Below, in pieces: positions 46,119 through 56,500 of a DNA stretch of 64,000 nt. This DNA comes from Escherichia phage Mangalyan, in the sequence record OR449013; one strand, 5' to 3'. Every line of letters starts with the position of its first letter. Positions within the stretch are counted from its first letter, which is position 1. The notes below the pieces were generated by a model. The model was not told the origin of the DNA, did not search any database, and worked only from the letters and a program-made list of their open reading frames with translations. Position numbers and translations under genes: made by a program.

Positions 46119-46494
46119 CCCAACCCTGTGGCATATTTGAGTTGCCGAAGTGGCTTTCGTAGTAGAGATTTTTACCACTTGGAAGGTAGAAATCTGTTAC
46201 CTCATAGAATCCACAATCGTCGCACTCACCTTCTTCAAACTTGGCCTCAACCTTAATACCGAGGAAGGTGAAAAGTTTATGGATATCTTCAGTTTCGAAC
46301 TCCCAGTGAATGTTGTTTTCCGCATCGGTGTAGAACTGGATCAGCAGACCATTGTCCAGTTTACCAAAATACTCTGTGAAGTAACTTCCTTCCCAGAAAT
46401 CTTTATGACAAATAATATCCATGCGTTTGCCCATAATAATGGTGTGAGCGTTTTGGGCATCGTCACGAATCAGTTTTGGCATTTCATAGGTCAT
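46069..46494 (-). CDS. hypothetical acidic protein
   Basis: 141-aa ORF, SD GGAGAA; overlaps macrodomain gene start. Confidence 0.5.
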   Translation of the reverse strand: MTYEMPKLIRDDAQNAHTIIMGKRMDIICHKDFWEGSYFTEYFGKLDNGLLIQFYTDAENNIHWEFETEDIHKLFTFLGIKVEAKFEEGECDDCGFYEVTDFYLPSGKNLYYESHFGNSNMPQGWDEFLEIAEEELEYRDY

Positions 46495-46562
46495 CTTAGT
46501 TCTCCGGGTTCAACAGGTGGTGGCGCTATAGGAAGATCATAAAACATGGCTATCACATCCTC

Positions 46563-46760
46563 TTACACAGGAATTGCTTCAAATAGACCGTTATCTATAC
46601 CGTCCTTCAGATAGAGATTATATTCTATGTCGGTATCTGTATAAAGGGCAGCATCCAGCATTCTATCTGTGAGTCCATCCATCGGGTGGAGAAACCACCA
46701 CCCACGCCAGTCAAAGTAACAGCCTGGTGCATCTTCTCTTACACGGATTCGATAAATCAT
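46563..46760 (-). CDS. hypothetical Trp-rich protein
   Basis: 65-aa ORF, SD AGGAGG. Confidence 0.45.
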   Translation of the reverse strand: MIYRIRVREDAPGCYFDWRGWWFLHPMDGLTDRMLDAALYTDTDIEYNLYLKDGIDNGLFEAIPV

Positions 46761-46855
46761 GGGCAGTGGCCTCCTGTTAGTTATACATCCCAGTTTTCTT
46801 CGTTCATCACGTCCTCCCGTCTATGAAGTTATAATTGCACACCTTTCAACCTGTG

Positions 46856-47272
46856 TCAACAGAAAACTTCAACAAACTCTTCCACAGTTTTAATGTCGTG
46901 GGAAAAAGGTTTACGGCTATAACGGGCAATAGCACTATCAACCACCGCTCGGTACTCAAGATCTTCAGAGTATTTCATGAAGCATTGCAGTGTTTCTGGA
47001 CAGATAGCTAGATAGCTCCACCACCCTTCATCAGATTGATAGTCAAAGCCCATGCTCTCCAACCATGAAGCATATACGCCTGCACCTTCCAGCCAGTGAG
47101 TATTTTCATCCAGAAACTTGTTAACAGACATGTGAGCTTCTAAGCACTTGTCCAGCTCTTTTCCGTTAACCAGCCACGCACTAACTGTGGCGCATCCAAG
47201 GTCTACAGATTGAGTTGACAGGTTGTATTGGTCATAGTTCTCAGGTTTAACAATGATATCTTCTAATGTCAT
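46856..47272 (-). CDS. hypothetical protein
   Basis: 138-aa ORF, SD AAGGAG. Confidence 0.5.
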   Translation of the reverse strand: MTLEDIIVKPENYDQYNLSTQSVDLGCATVSAWLVNGKELDKCLEAHMSVNKFLDENTHWLEGAGVYASWLESMGFDYQSDEGWWSYLAICPETLQCFMKYSEDLEYRAVVDSAIARYSRKPFSHDIKTVEEFVEVFC

Positions 47273-47290
47273 TTTTCAGATCTCCTTATA

Positions 47291-47319
47291 CAAAAATGCC
47301 CCACCCTTTCGGGCAGGGC
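47291..47319 (-). terminator. rho-independent terminator (copy 1 of an identical pair)
   Basis: on - strand GCCCTGCCC-gaaa-GGGTGGGGC (9 bp incl. 2 G.U) followed by ATTTTTG; the same stem has A.C mismatches if read on +. Confidence 0.7.
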
Positions 47320-47334
47320 TATGTTAGTTAGGTG

Positions 47335-47958
47335 CTAAAAGTATTCATAGAGGTATCCATCGGGGGCTGGAATTTTTTCATGAATGTAGTAATCAACACA
47401 TATTCCGGTTTCTCTTCTACAAGAATTGTGGGATACCCATTCTTTAAGAACGTTTCCATTCATGTCCAGCCTTCTTACATTTTTACACCGTCTACCGCTG
47501 GTGCTTCTATGCAACAGAATATCCTCCGTCTGCTTGTCTTTATTTTCTCCCCAGGTCGTTAAACGGATATTATCAAAAGAGTACCCTTTGAAATCATCTA
47601 TCCTGTCACAAGAAGGCTTTTTCCTTTTGTCGTATCCGCTGGCTACCCACTGATCATACAACTCTTTGTAACCGTTCAGGTATAGCCACTCCTTAAACTC
47701 TTTTTTGGTGTAAGTCGGAGGAGGGTGGCCTCTTTGCTTGCTGTTGCACTTTTGAGCCTTGTACAGCACGCGTATTACACCTTTTTCTGAAGAGTCGTGG
47801 GAAAACCTGTCAGCCTCCCTGCTGGCCTTCTTGCAACACTCTTTGCACTTATTAAGATGACCGTCAGACATCTTTGGGTGTTTGTAGAACTCGGAGAGGT
47901 TTTTCACCTCTCCGCACTTGATGCACCTCTTACAATGCGTGGATTCTGCTTTTTCCAT
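47335..47958 (-). CDS. zinc-finger HNH-like endonuclease (putative homing endonuclease)
   Basis: N-terminal CKRCIKCG...[10 protein letters not shown]; later [26 protein letters not shown] resembles an HNH core; ATG 47958 assumed. Confidence 0.45.
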   Translation of the reverse strand: MEKAESTHCKRCIKCGEVKNLSEFYKHPKMSDGHLNKCKECCKKASREADRFSHDSSEKGVIRVLYKAQKCNSKQRGHPPPTYTKKEFKEWLYLNGYKELYDQWVASGYDKRKKPSCDRIDDFKGYSFDNIRLTTWGENKDKQTEDILLHRSTSGRRCKNVRRLDMNGNVLKEWVSHNSCRRETGICVDYYIHEKIPAPDGYLYEYF

Positions 47959-49201
47959 ATTGCAAACCCACCGGAGCGAAAGGTATGTCATCACAGAAGT
48001 CATACTGTGCTGGATTCTGATCCATCGGGTCATCTTCCTCGTCATTTACAGGAGGAGCGTCTACAGTGTTTTGCTGTGGAGCTGCTTCCTGTTTGGCAGC
48101 TTGAGGTTCTTGATGGTCAGTGGACCCAGCACCGTTCTTGATCCAATCGTACAACGGCTCAGCCAGATTAGTCAAGACATCTTTTGCTTCTGCAGTAATT
48201 GCCGCTGCAAAATCATCAACTTTCGTTTTCTTGTCAATACGGCGACAAGCGTTCAACACCGCATTGCCGACACTGGCACCTACTTCATCTTCAGTTCGGT
48301 TGGTGGCTTGAGCATACTCTTTCTTAAGCTCGATGGTGACTACGTGCAGTGTTTTAGCCACGCCTAGTGGGTCGTCTACCTTAAACCCACGATCCAGGAT
48401 GATCTGCAACGCATTGATGCTATGCCCCGTCTCCACACCAATAGGGTCGTAAGAGGATTTACGCTTGCCACCAGGGCCTTGAGTGCCGTTCTCTGCCTTA
48501 GGTGGGTAGGCTTTGAAACCACTGATAATGTTTCCGGTGTCTTTGTCCACAATGGCTGCAACACGACCGCCTACCACCAGGTCTTTAAGCTGCTCATCAG
48601 TTACAACCATAGCACCTTCGCCAATCTTGTGGTCATTTACAGTAACCACGTTGCCAACAATCTGAGTCACATCACCATAGATGCGTAAAACGTCCTGATT
48701 GGCATTCTGCTGAGGTTTCTGCTTCTGGCCTTGTGATTGTGCACCTTGTTGCTGTTTTTGCTGCTGAGTCGCTGCTGGAGCCTCTCCTGCGCCCAGCTTA
48801 ACCATCTTAGCCAGTGAGCCTTTGTAGTAGGTCTTACCGTTATGCTCGTTTGCCTTCAAAGGGATATTTACGATCCATCCTGGCGTTACGGTTTCCCACT
48901 TGTCATCAATCTTAACAGAGACAGAGTCTTGATGACCCGGTTTAAGCAGTTTATCACCCATGCTGATCCAGACTTCTTCACCACCTTGAAGCAGGTTATC
49001 AGAGGAATCCAGTTCAGAAATCAGTAAAGAGATGGTGTGGCTGGACTCAATTTTCTTACCTTGCCACACAGTGGTTTTAATACCTGTTGTAGGATCAGCA
49101 CCTTTGATAGGCTTGATGCTGACGCGTTTAATCATGCCGTGAGCCAGTAAAACAGTTTCACGCGGATTCATCGGGTTAGCGAATTGTTGAATAACGCTCA
49201 T
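47930..49201 (-). CDS. SSB-like protein with acidic C-terminal tail
   Basis: 423 aa; Gln-rich linker; acidic tail [22 protein letters not shown] resembles the SSB C-terminal DDDIPF tip (frame continues 16 aa beyond); SD AAGGAGA. Confidence 0.4.
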   Translation of the reverse strand: MSVIQQFANPMNPRETVLLAHGMIKRVSIKPIKGADPTTGIKTTVWQGKKIESSHTISLLISELDSSDNLLQGGEEVWISMGDKLLKPGHQDSVSVKIDDKWETVTPGWIVNIPLKANEHNGKTYYKGSLAKMVKLGAGEAPAATQQQKQQQGAQSQGQKQKPQQNANQDVLRIYGDVTQIVGNVVTVNDHKIGEGAMVVTDEQLKDLVVGGRVAAIVDKDTGNIISGFKAYPPKAENGTQGPGGKRKSSYDPIGVETGHSINALQIILDRGFKVDDPLGVAKTLHVVTIELKKEYAQATNRTEDEVGASVGNAVLNACRRIDKKTKVDDFAAAITAEAKDVLTNLAEPLYDWIKNGAGSTDHQEPQAAKQEAAPQQNTVDAPPVNDEEDDPMDQNPAQYDFCDDIPFAPVGLQYGKSRIHAL

Positions 49202-49566
49202 TATTTGTCTCCTTGTTCTTCGTTAGTGTTTGCCGTGTGTGCAAACCCTGCTTGAATTAATTTGTCCTGAACTTGAGCCAACAGGCCCATTGCAAAACTT
49301 GTGGTCCCAGAGAGGGCCATCAGCATATCTCGTTGTTGAGCTACCCAACCTAAGGCATAGTCCAAACGACGATATTTTTCTTCTTCACGCAGAGCCTGAA
49401 ATAATTGTTCAGCCTCCGGTTGTTGTGTGAGCTCCTGAAGTCTTCCCATGAAAGAAGAAAGCACTAGCAAAAGAGACACTTGATCTTTACTTAACCCTAA
49501 GAAAAATTCTTGAGGTTGTTCTTGCTCGTTCATCGCAACCGACGCTTGATCGTTCATTTGTTCCAT
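49201..49566 (-). CDS. hypothetical acidic protein
   Basis: 121-aa ORF, SD GGAGA; TAATG overlap with downstream gene. Confidence 0.5.
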   Translation of the reverse strand: MEQMNDQASVAMNEQEQPQEFFLGLSKDQVSLLLVLSSFMGRLQELTQQPEAEQLFQALREEEKYRRLDYALGWVAQQRDMLMALSGTTSFAMGLLAQVQDKLIQAGFAHTANTNEEQGDK

Positions 49567-49649
49567 TATGGAATCTCCGATTTTATTTGAACAACATAGA
49601 AGGAGACACTATTTTAGCATCCCCTTCTGTAAATTACAATAGGTATTTG

Positions 49650-49895
49650 TTAGCCAATCACTTCGAAAGTTCCCCAATTCCCGTCCAGCAGGCAGGTGAT
49701 CGGATCCCCATCGTCGTCAAAGATTTCAAAGTTTTCAGCATCCAGGATGTGGCCCTCGAACACAATACTTTCGTCGCCACCACCAGAAATAACAGCGTAT
49801 TCCTTACCTTGAGTCAAGTTTTGACACCCTTTGCCACCAAAACCTACTTCAACACAACGTACTTTCTGTCCTGCGCGAGCAACTACTTCAGTCAT
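49650..49895 (-). CDS. hypothetical protein
   Basis: 81-aa ORF, SD AGGAGA. Confidence 0.5.
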   Translation of the reverse strand: MTEVVARAGQKVRCVEVGFGGKGCQNLTQGKEYAVISGGGDESIVFEGHILDAENFEIFDDDGDPITCLLDGNWGTFEVIG

Positions 49896-49912
49896 CTTAA
49901 GGTCTCCTGATA

Positions 49913-50215
49913 TTAATCGTCAAGTTCAAAATAGATTTTAACAGCTTCATCAAAGATTGGAATCCCGATGTTGTTAATAAGCTGCCAAACTACCATATCT
50001 TTACCTGGGTCGGGGAGAATGTCAACCTTTCTCCATGCGCTGTATATCCAGTTCGGACCACCTTCTGCACTAACTGGCAGATTTTCACCAGCCTCCTGCA
50101 GATACTTATACAGCAAAAGATATTCTGGATACTCTAGAACACTGTCCTCTGTAGTATATAGCAGTTCACGGTATACTTTTAAGAACCCTGCGGGGGTGAT
50201 GTTTTCAGTCTTCAT
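49913..50215 (-). CDS. hypothetical protein
   Basis: ATG 50215 with SD AGGAGAAG; track start 50233 lacks SD. Confidence 0.45.
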   Translation of the reverse strand: MKTENITPAGFLKVYRELLYTTEDSVLEYPEYLLLYKYLQEAGENLPVSAEGGPNWIYSAWRKVDILPDPGKDMVVWQLINNIGIPIFDEAVKIYFELDD

Positions 50216-50594
50216 TTGCTGCTTCTCCTGCATTCATCAGATCTGCCATAGCGTCACCCACGAAGAGAACAACCACATCGTTGACAGCGTCAGCATCATC
50301 TTTGTTGACGTTGCTGAATTTAGGACACACAGCAATGATCATATAGACACCGTTACCAACTTGAACTGTCCGTGTGGTGCACATCATGGCGGTATTTGTG
50401 CCTTCTTTGAAGGCGAAGCCTTGAAGACGCTCCTCTAAAGTGTTACCGGTAGATTTCAGAAGCGCCAGCTCGTCCAAGGCATAGATGATATCTCCGGAAG
50501 TTAGTGTTGCCTTGCCATCAGACACCATAATCACTCCATCAGCACCATCAAACTTAGAGGCTTCAAAGATATCGATATCCCAAATATTTTTCAT
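50205..50594 (-). CDS. hypothetical protein
   Basis: ATG 50594 (track GTG 50597); SD GAGGAAG. Confidence 0.45.
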   Translation of the reverse strand: MKNIWDIDIFEASKFDGADGVIMVSDGKATLTSGDIIYALDELALLKSTGNTLEERLQGFAFKEGTNTAMMCTTRTVQVGNGVYMIIAVCPKFSNVNKDDADAVNDVVVLFVGDAMADLMNAGEAANED

Positions 50595-50866
50595 CACGCT
50601 TCCTCATCATCTAAGTAATCATCAAGAGAGGTGAAGATTTCACCGAAGTATTCTAAGATTTCTAGCTCACGTGTGGTGCAGCAAACATAATCGCCTTGGT
50701 CGTCCTTAATAGTGGCCTCTTTACCCAGAATATCTACTTCAAGTTCATCGTTCAACAGGACGGCCCCTGTGTAAACTTTGTCAGCTGTGCAGTCCCGAAA
50801 AGCAGAGTCCTTCTCCAGATAGTCTGGCTTAACCTTGGCTTTAATTCGTTGATATTGTTTGGTCAT
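50594..50866 (-). CDS. small Cys-containing protein (paralog of 50930..51184)
   Basis: ATG 50866 with SD AAGGGGA; shared block SAFRDCT vs RAFKDCT. Confidence 0.45.
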   Translation of the reverse strand: MTKQYQRIKAKVKPDYLEKDSAFRDCTADKVYTGAVLLNDELEVDILGKEATIKDDQGDYVCCTTRELEILEYFGEIFTSLDDYLDDEEA

Positions 50867-50929
50867 TGCTGTGGTCCCCTTTCGTTTTGATAGGGCCATT
50901 ATAGTAGGCCCTATGACTGTTGTCAAGCA

Positions 50930-51184
50930 TTAATGTTCAGGTTTTACAAAAACTACTTCATTAACAGTGCACCAGACAGAGTCTCCTTCATCATCTTTAA
51001 AGGTAAGGCACTGTGCTGAGTTTTCCAACTCATCAAGCTCTTCCTGTGATAGAGGAGCTCCTTCTTCCAGAAGGGCTTTTACCAAAGGGTTCTCACAAAA
51101 CTCTGCTTCATAAATTGCACCGATTGTGCAATCTTTAAAAGCTCGGTCATTTTCAACGCATTCTGGCTTCAGAGTAATTTTCAT
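50930..51184 (-). CDS. small Cys-containing protein (paralog of 50594..50866)
   Basis: SD AAGGAGA; RAFKDCT block. Confidence 0.5.
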   Translation of the reverse strand: MKITLKPECVENDRAFKDCTIGAIYEAEFCENPLVKALLEEGAPLSQEELDELENSAQCLTFKDDEGDSVWCTVNEVVFVKPEH

Positions 51185-51284
51185 CTTAGCGGTCTCCTTA
51201 AGTGTTAAACAATCAACGCTCTGTTTGTGTGAAGCATCTTATATCTAATCTTACTTCCTGTCAACGACTATTTTCGATCATCCA

Positions 51285-51632
51285 CTAAGGATCAAGATAA
51301 GTTTGTTGACTTTTTGCCCACTGACAAACTTCATTGTACATCTGAACCTCGTTGTCCGTCAATTCACGAATAGGTTCATCTATACCCTCATTTTTATGGT
51401 AATCCCATTCTGCGTCTATCTCCCACAGCCATGACTTGTTGTCACCACGCTTACGCACACAGAAATCACCAGGGCGGCCTGCCAGTGCATTTAAGAACTC
51501 GTTCTCCGCTCGCTCCTGGAGAATACTAAGGAGCAAAACGTTGGAGCATGACCGTAAAATATGCTTCAGCTCACAATCATCAATCTCAACTTCAATACGT
51601 TGTTTGACTGTGTGGGTACCTTTTACTAACAT
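51285..51632 (-). CDS. hypothetical protein
   Basis: ATG 51632 with SD GAGGAGG; track start 51659 is TTG. Confidence 0.45.
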   Translation of the reverse strand: MLVKGTHTVKQRIEVEIDDCELKHILRSCSNVLLLSILQERAENEFLNALAGRPGDFCVRKRGDNKSWLWEIDAEWDYHKNEGIDEPIRELTDNEVQMYNEVCQWAKSQQTYLDP

Positions 51633-51642
51633 CCTACCTCCT

Positions 51643-51837
51643 CTAAACGAACTCTGCAAGAGTTGTGTTGTTCACTGCACCGCAGTAAATGGAGTATCCC
51701 AGCCCATTAGAGTGCAGAAACCACGGCGTGCCGAAATTATCTTTCACGTAGACATCACCGTTGTTTGTAAAGGGCCAATATTCTTCACCAAGGGTAAAAT
51801 ACCTATTCATACCTTCAGCAAGATACTTTACTTTCAT
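51643..51837 (-). CDS. small protein, 'GKxY...KDxxG..W' paralog family
   Basis: SD GAAGAGGA; FTLGEEYWPF...VKDNFGTPWFL. Confidence 0.5.
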   Translation of the reverse strand: MKVKYLAEGMNRYFTLGEEYWPFTNNGDVYVKDNFGTPWFLHSNGLGYSIYCGAVNNTTLAEFV

Positions 51838-52061
51838 AGGTCCTCTTCAACAACTACAAACTTGGCAAGCAAAGTGGTTCCGTAGATATGATACTCACCG
51901 TTTGCCAGGTGAGAGATATACCAGGCAACCCCTTCCTCGTCTTTAATCATTTTGTTTGCACGAGCTTTATCGTAATAAACCTCGTAGGTCTTTCCTTCTT
52001 TAAAGAATGACAGGTCTGTCATCTTTTCTTCTACAAAGGTAGCTTTAACCAAAGTCGTCAT
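51834..52061 (-). CDS. small protein, 'GKxY...KDxxG..W' paralog family
   Basis: SD AAGGAGA; FKEGKTYEVYY...IKDEEGVAWYI. Confidence 0.5.
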   Translation of the reverse strand: MTTLVKATFVEEKMTDLSFFKEGKTYEVYYDKARANKMIKDEEGVAWYISHLANGEYHIYGTTLLAKFVVVEEDL

Positions 52062-52342
52062 TGATCGGTCTCCTTCTTGTTAAGTCTGAATACTGCAATA
52101 ATAGCATTCCCAAGGTGCAGTGTCAAGTCATTTCCAAGATACCACAGCATCCCACGGTCATCTTTAATGAAAGGGTAACAATCTGGTGCCTTCCAGACAT
52201 TGTACACTTTCCCAACCTGAAAGAAATCAGGCCCTGTTGGGATTTTAGTGCCTGGCCACACTTGAGATACCTGAACACACTCCACCTGCATAATAACAGG
52301 GATAGTCATGGATGTAAATGTTTTTGTTGGTTCTACTACCAT
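52058..52342 (-). CDS. small protein, 'GKxY...KDxxG..W' paralog family
   Basis: ATG 52342 with SD AGAGGAGA; FQVGKVYNVW...IKDDRGMLWYL. Confidence 0.45.
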   Translation of the reverse strand: MVVEPTKTFTSMTIPVIMQVECVQVSQVWPGTKIPTGPDFFQVGKVYNVWKAPDCYPFIKDDRGMLWYLGNDLTLHLGNAIIAVFRLNKKETDQ

Positions 52343-52391
52343 AAAAGTCTCCTCTTTGCTCAACAACACTTCCATGTGTTGATAGTTTACA

Positions 52392-52748
52392 TTAGTGACA
52401 ATCACCCCAATTACGACCACACAGGTATTCACCTGTGATCTGGAACGGGACGCCCATCATTTTAGAAGCTTGCCAGAAGCAATGCACCACCATTTCACCC
52501 ACAGGGCTCCAGATAAGTTCAAGCTTTCCGTCATCGTTCAGGATAGGATCGTACACCGTGTTTCCGTCTCTGTCAACCACTTCGTTTCCGTCCTCATCCT
52601 TGCGTGCCTTTTTGTACTTATGACCGTCGAACACATGAAGTTTGGCCTCCTGCTCTGCCTTAAATGCTTCCAGTTCTTCGATTGTGTCGAAGGTGTACAC
52701 AGTCTTATACTTCGGTGTGTCAGGGACCTGAAGTTGGTACTCATCCAT
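52392..52748 (-). CDS. hypothetical protein
   Basis: 118-aa ORF; no SD upstream of ATG; preceded by a 190-nt structured leader. Confidence 0.45.
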   Translation of the reverse strand: MDEYQLQVPDTPKYKTVYTFDTIEELEAFKAEQEAKLHVFDGHKYKKARKDEDGNEVVDRDGNTVYDPILNDDGKLELIWSPVGEMVVHCFWQASKMMGVPFQITGEYLCGRNWGDCH

Positions 52749-52940
52749 CTGTTCAGGTAGGTCGTTAAGCTACCCCGCACCATTACGTGCATAGCCATAC
52801 AGTTTCCTGTATGGATCGGACTACCTCACTGCCTTGGTAACAAGGCACCTCCCATTTCGACCGCACTTGCTGGCCTACTCTACTCGCTTCTTCACACCAA
52901 CCTGTGTTGGAGCTATGCTTTCGATAGTCTCTGAACGTTA

Positions 52941-53447
52941 CTACCAGGTGTAGTTTTTAGAGATATGTTTCCACTGTCTTCTTTGCTTTATGGCTCTGAC
53001 CGTCTCATAAGGATACCCAAGATCCCTAATCTCACATTGTCGTAGACCACTCTGCAACAGTTCGCAAATCTCTATTACCTCATCTTCTGTCAGCACAGCG
53101 TTGGCATTATACTCACCAACTGGCCTTACTCTGAGGTCATTATCATAGGCGTGCTTGATATTTCCACCAGGGGTGGTCCATTCCAGGTTCCAGTATGCAT
53201 TGTTGTACTTATTCCCATCCTTATGGTTCACCCATGTGAGCCTTTCAGGATCTGGGTTTGATACAAAGCATTCAGCAACCAGGTGGTGGACACCTTTTGT
53301 GCACTGCTTCCCCTCGATTAGCATGGTTACGCAAAGGTAACCTCTACCATTATCAAAATAAAACATTGTTGTATGATCACGTTTCGATAAAGGTATTGTT
53401 CCATCATCAAACACGGTATACCCGTGATAATCAGCTGTTCTAGCCAT
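52941..53447 (-). CDS. free-standing HNH homing endonuclease-like protein
   Basis: VHHLVAECFVSNPDPERLTWVNHKDGNKYNNAYWNLEW (HNH core), same family as the intron ORF; SD AAGGGG. Confidence 0.7.
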   Translation of the reverse strand: MARTADYHGYTVFDDGTIPLSKRDHTTMFYFDNGRGYLCVTMLIEGKQCTKGVHHLVAECFVSNPDPERLTWVNHKDGNKYNNAYWNLEWTTPGGNIKHAYDNDLRVRPVGEYNANAVLTEDEVIEICELLQSGLRQCEIRDLGYPYETVRAIKQRRQWKHISKNYTW

Positions 53448-53582
53448 TTTAACTACACCCCTTTAGTCTTCGCTGCGGATTAGCATATTGAGCTTTTACC
53501 ATACTCAGGTGTAAAAGTCAACTTAGCTTTCCCGTCAATTAAAGAGGTTATTCGACATAGATCACTCTATGAAGCCACAATG

Positions 53583-56500
53583 TTATTTATGGTAATAGAT
53601 AATACGACGAACACCTTCATCGTACCACCCACGCTTCACCATTTGATGGTGCATGAGTATCCCAACTAAGTCACACAACGATGCGCCGCCATTTTGTTGG
53701 TATGCATTAAGTAAAGAGTGTTTAGATCGGGTCCAGATGGCATGACCATCAAAAGAGTAGATAAACTTCTTACCCGTTGCTTCCCAGAATTTCTCCAGAT
53801 CTTCTTTACGCCCCTTAAGACCAGGGTTGGCATCCCAAAGTGCATCGATTACCCTTTGTCCCAACTCTGGAGAGATATCCAGCATGTCTGCAACTTTATC
53901 TTTTTGTGCCCCGTACATAACACCGTACGTGACAGGTTTACCGTCGTTACGGGAAATCTCCTTGCCTGCTACAGAAGAGTAAGCTTTGGCGTTATTACAG
54001 TTACCGCACACTGCCACTTTACCATTCCTTCTCACAATGATTGCTCCAGAAGGGACGGTAACGCAATAAACCAAAGAACCGCTCACCTCGACAGACTCTT
54101 TAGATAGTGTCAGCAACCCTGCTCTCTGTTTGCTACCAATCGTGATTCTGTGCTGTACGGAACGACCTTTTTTGTGAATCGCCACCGTATTATTCCGTAA
54201 ACCACACTGAGTAGCCAGCGCAGACACAACCTCTACAGATTTCTTCCTGCACTCGGCCTGAGAGTAGTAGGCAACTTTTCCACCTTCGGAAGATACCCAC
54301 CCGTCCCAGTTAGATAAAGAAGCTATAAACAGGTTTTTAGATTCTTTATCAAGGTCCATCAGGTTGTAGGTGAAATCCTTATTGCTGTCCAAAAACTCAA
54401 ATACCCAGGACGGAACGTGGAATTGGAACCTTCTCGCCAGTAAGCCCCCTTTTGTGGTTTTCCCGCTCTGCTCTACATAACTAAGGCTTAGAGCAGAAAA
54501 AGTATCTAAAAGCGTTGCAACTTTTCTGCCCTTCCCGACCTGAATCCTGCACACGATGCTGCCGTCCTTATTTGTATGCAAGTGCCCATCATCGTGAATA
54601 GCAATAAGCAAATTAACCTGGGCAGGAGATAAGGTTGTATTCCCATAAAACTCTGCCGCATGGATAAACCTTCTTCCTGAATTAGACCCTTTACCTGCTT
54701 TCAGGTCTTTTGCCAAATCTTCAAACAATTTATTGCTTCTGTGATCCACGGTCAGCATCCTGTGTTGATCTGTAACCATAAAATCCACACTGCTGTTGTG
54801 GAAATGATACATATCCCCACAATAACTACGCTTAACGTAATTTAATGGAGTAACAAGGTTCATCGACGAGGTGTTGTGATCGTACTGGAACACTTGTGTT
54901 CCCGGATCAAGATCTTCAAACCTCACCCACCCTTTCTCCGTGAGAATTTGTGTATCTCCTGAATAACAGTGTGCATCGCCATTACTTACAACATCATAAT
55001 ACAGACCGTTGTCAAACTCAAAGGCACCCCAGGCCCCGATGAGCTGCTCTAAGTTGGACCCGTCAATACCGATCTCAAAGTATCCTGGAGGAACACCCCA
55101 CAGACTACGCATCTCTTTACCCATAACCACTTTAGGAGATGGTTTAGGCATGTTTGCACAAATACTGTGTTTCTGTCGGGAAGTGTTTGTTAACCCAGAA
55201 CTTTTAGCAGGAAGCTTATGGTCAATCTTCAAACGTGGGTGATTAAGAAGACCAGTATCAACCTTATCCTCCTTGATTGGATCAAGGACCGATCTGCGGT
55301 TTCGCAATGATAACCACAAGACGATATCTTTAGCCATCTCTCCGTTCAATTTTTCAAGATTCGGGCATAGGTGTCCAAACGTATCTTTCAGTTGCGGAGA
55401 AGTAATAAGTGCCCTAGCTTTTCTACGTATTTTCCCGAATACTTCCTTTTTAATCCTTTCGGAGTTAGGAAAGCTTCGGAACTTGTGCACGGTTGTCTGG
55501 AACTTAGCATCAGTTTTGTTCCAGAAGTTGATAATTAGGTCACAATACTCTGACTCTAAAAGCTCGTCCATATATGCATACACTCGTGCATCAACATCTG
55601 CATCAGGTAGAGCTTTCTTCTTGCTGTCTTTAGTTACATCCTTAGTTCTCCACATTGTCGGAAGCCAACCAGCACTGATCAGGTATCGCTTAATGTCGTC
55701 CTGATTGCTGATTTTCATAGGTATCTTGCAGTCCGGCATTCGCTTCTGCTGTAGATCACTTATTGCCTGATCCATTAGCTCTTTAGGTAAAGGTTGTGGT
55801 GTGGAAGTGCCCTTAATATAGCCTCTCAAGAAATCAGCCATCTTATCAGGGTCTTTGCAGCCCATCTCTTCACACCATTTTATCCCCATCTTGCTGACAT
55901 CTCCTGTGGAGGTAAATGCTCGCTTAGGCGGGGCTTTGAACTCTAAAGCACTCATGTCCACAGGATAGCCAAGCTTATCTTTTAACCATTTCCAACCATT
56001 GTTGGAGATTGTCCCATCTTGGTTAAACGGCTTTTCAGGGAACTTGGGCCGCTGAGACATTGACAGCTCTTTTAAAGGAAGTTGAGGTTCAACACGATCA
56101 GCGATTTCTTTCATCCACGCATCGCAACGGTCACGTAAAGCAATAGCTCCATCTATGTCGAAGTATACACCCTGACGGGCCTGCAGCTCCATCAGGAAGT
56201 GCTGCAGCATGCCTCGACGTAGTGCGTTCTTCCAGGTGATCTTCTTGAACCCTTTCGGCTTCTCTTTGGCTGGATCGTACATAAAGTTCTGCATGTCAGA
56301 TTTGCCGTAGAATACACCTTTTGATTCCGCTACCAGCTCTTTCCAGAGCAGCTCCTGGATGATAACGTCCTCGAATACACGATCCACATACTTCCACAAC
56401 GGAAGATCGCGCCAGTCATCGATTTGAACTTTCTGGTTACCAAGGGCGTAGCCCCATGCCATAAGGCCGTGAGGACCAACAGGCTGCATTTTCTTAGTAA

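Noticed and set aside
55273-55704. Track ORF (+) of 143 aa inside the DNA polymerase gene
   Set aside because: Antisense to the polymerase N-extein; no SD.
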